64,000 nucleotides of DNA from an uncultured Eubacteriales bacterium (lineage in GTDB: Bacteria > Bacillota > Clostridia > Christensenellales > CAG-314). Shown here in pieces: positions 62,988 to 64,000 of the stretch. Under the pieces are notes generated by a model, which saw only the letters and a list, made by a program, of their open reading frames with translations, was not told the origin of the DNA and ran no database searches. The position numbers and the translations under genes were made by a program. The stretch spans positions 15 to 64,014 of the forward strand of contig CARAIG010000079.1 in assembly GCA_948938605.1 (NCBI GenBank), written 5' to 3'. Numbering within the stretch: position 1 is the first letter of the stretch; each line of letters begins with the position of its first letter.

Positions 62988-64000
62988 ATGAAGAAAAAAT
63001 TGCTTGTTACAGTTCTTTCTCTCGTGTGCGTAATCGTTTGTGCGTTCGGGCTTGTCGCGTGCGACAGAAATAACGAGCCGCCCGCGCACACACATACCTA
63101 TTCGGAAGAATGGCAAAGCGATGCAAACAACCATTGGCACGCGGCGACTTGCGAACATACGGACGAAAAAGGCGACGTGGCAGCGCACGTTGACGCAAAC
63201 AACGACGGCAAATGCGATATTTGCGAATACGAGCCTATAACCGTAAAAGTCGGCGGTACATACTATTTCTGCGAGGACGATATTACCGATGATTTAATTT
63301 ATATCGTTTTCCACCAAACAGGCAAATGGACTGACGACGAAAACAATTCGGGCGAGTACACGGTGTTCGGCAATACCGTTACTTTATACATAACGGTTGA
63401 AGGCGAAAAAATCGAGTTTGCAAGCGGCACGGTAAACGGCGACGATATTATTCTCGATTTAGGCGCGGACGTTACTTACCGCAAGGGCGAAGACATAGGC
63501 AATAAGCCACAAGAAAAAACTCTGCAATACGCGTTAAGCGAAGATAGAACGTATTACGTTGTCAAAGGCATAGGCGGGCTTACGGGAGAAATCGAAATCC
63601 CCGACGAGTGGAAAAGAAAACCCGTCAAAGAAATTGCCGAAAACGCGTTTGCCAACTGTAAAGACTTAACGAACATAACTATCGGTGCAAACGTTGAAAC
63701 CATAGGCAAAAAGGCTTTTTACAAGTGCGCTAATCTTACGAACGCAATTCTCGGCGAAAAAATAGAAACCATTTTTGAAAGCACGTTTGAAGATTGCAGA
63801 AAACTTGAAAGCATTACTATACCGGCTACGGTAAAAAGCATAGAAAAACACGCATTTACTTGCTGCCTTGCTTTGAAAGACGTTCATTATACAGGTACGG
63901 CTTCCAAGTGGGCGCAAATAGATTTCTATTACGATTTCAACTCACGTGACGCACAGGTTTCCAACCCGTTAAGCGACAATAATATTTATATCGTCGGAAA
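62988..64000 (+). CDS. BspA-type leucine-rich-repeat lipoprotein (partial; runs off the window)
   Basis: Hand-translated open frame from ATG 62988 (AAAGGAG RBS) to the window end, with no stop. Lipobox GLVAC, a His/Cys-rich HTHTY...HWHAATCEHTDEKGD...DGKCDICEY module and LRR_5 repeats (IAENAFANCKDLTNITIGANVETIGKKAFYKCANL...). It is absent from the ORF track because it has no stop codon in the window. Confidence 0.75.
   Translation, partial: MKKKLLVTVLSLVCVIVCAFGLVACDRNNEPPAHTHTYSEEWQSDANNHWHAATCEHTDEKGDVAAHVDANNDGKCDICEYEPITVKVGGTYYFCEDDITDDLIYIVFHQTGKWTDDENNSGEYTVFGNTVTLYITVEGEKIEFASGTVNGDDIILDLGADVTYRKGEDIGNKPQEKTLQYALSEDRTYYVVKGIGGLTGEIEIPDEWKRKPVKEIAENAFANCKDLTNITIGANVETIGKKAFYKCANLTNAILGEKIETIFESTFEDCRKLESITIPATVKSIEKHAFTCCLALKDVHYTGTASKWAQIDFYYDFNSRDAQVSNPLSDNNIYIVG

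Larger units (their letters stand above)
59792..64000. mobile_element. Integrated element (integrase/excisionase/serine recombinase/LRR cargo), left end in window, right end beyond the window
   Basis: tRNA fragment junction, arm-type repeats, a tyrosine integrase, two excisionase-like HTH genes, a serine recombinase and inverted-repeat-flanked segments. Confidence 0.6.

Overview
This 64-kb chromosomal window looks like a Bacillota (Clostridia-like, probably gut anaerobe) genome. That placement is an inference from gene content: Firmicute-type replication genes (dnaE, a DnaD-domain DnaB-like gene plus dnaI), whiA, murB, an ApbE/NusG_II/Gx-transporter cluster and BspA-type LRR lipoproteins. All family calls come from motifs recognised by eye; no database or covariance-model search was run.

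There are about 50 densely packed protein genes, mostly on the minus strand, and most are ordinary:
- Regulation: two OmpR-type two-component systems.
- Metabolism: sdaA, dtd, HAD phosphatases, galE, an rlmD-like methyltransferase, an acyl-ACP thioesterase, pdxK and thpR.
- Redox: a glycerol-3-P-dehydrogenase-like cluster (GlpA-like, pyridine-nucleotide oxidoreductase, DUF1667) with an FGGY kinase and an AGPS-like FAD oxidase.
- Transport: MATE, MFS, a P-type Ca/Mn ATPase, a heterodimeric ABC exporter, a fused MacB/FtsX-type ABC transporter and MgtC.

I saw no rRNA, no intact tRNA and no CRISPR array.

Features worth a second look:
1. From about 59.79 kb to the window edge lies an integrated element. 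It is bounded by a 3-prime fragment of tRNA-Thr(GGU) and integrase arm-type repeats. It carries a tyrosine integrase, two small excisionase-like HTH genes and a small serine recombinase.
2. Downstream of that recombinase, a perfect 20-bp inverted repeat brackets a 93-bp segment holding a near-consensus promoter. The promoter currently points away from a promoter-less LRR lipoprotein gene, so this is a candidate phase-variable inverton in the OFF orientation.
3. A second perfect 19-bp inverted-repeat pair lies on the other side of the recombinase gene.
4. Two tandem paralogous ~80-nt sRNA candidates each have a consensus promoter and terminator, plus a compensatory stem change between copies.
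5. A chromosomal LRR lipoprotein carries an embedded FMN_bind domain with a perfect Dxx(T)GAT flavinylation motif. A secreted ApbE-NusG_II fusion and a Gx transporter lie 10 kb away.
6. A 1064-aa SMC/Rad50-like coiled-coil protein has degenerate ATPase motifs and sits divergent from the dnaB-like/dnaI operon.
7. A riboswitch-like terminator leader precedes the P-type ATPase.
8. An acyltransferase gene is frameshifted in an A7 tract.
9. A small family of related GC-rich structured elements occupies gaps between convergent genes.
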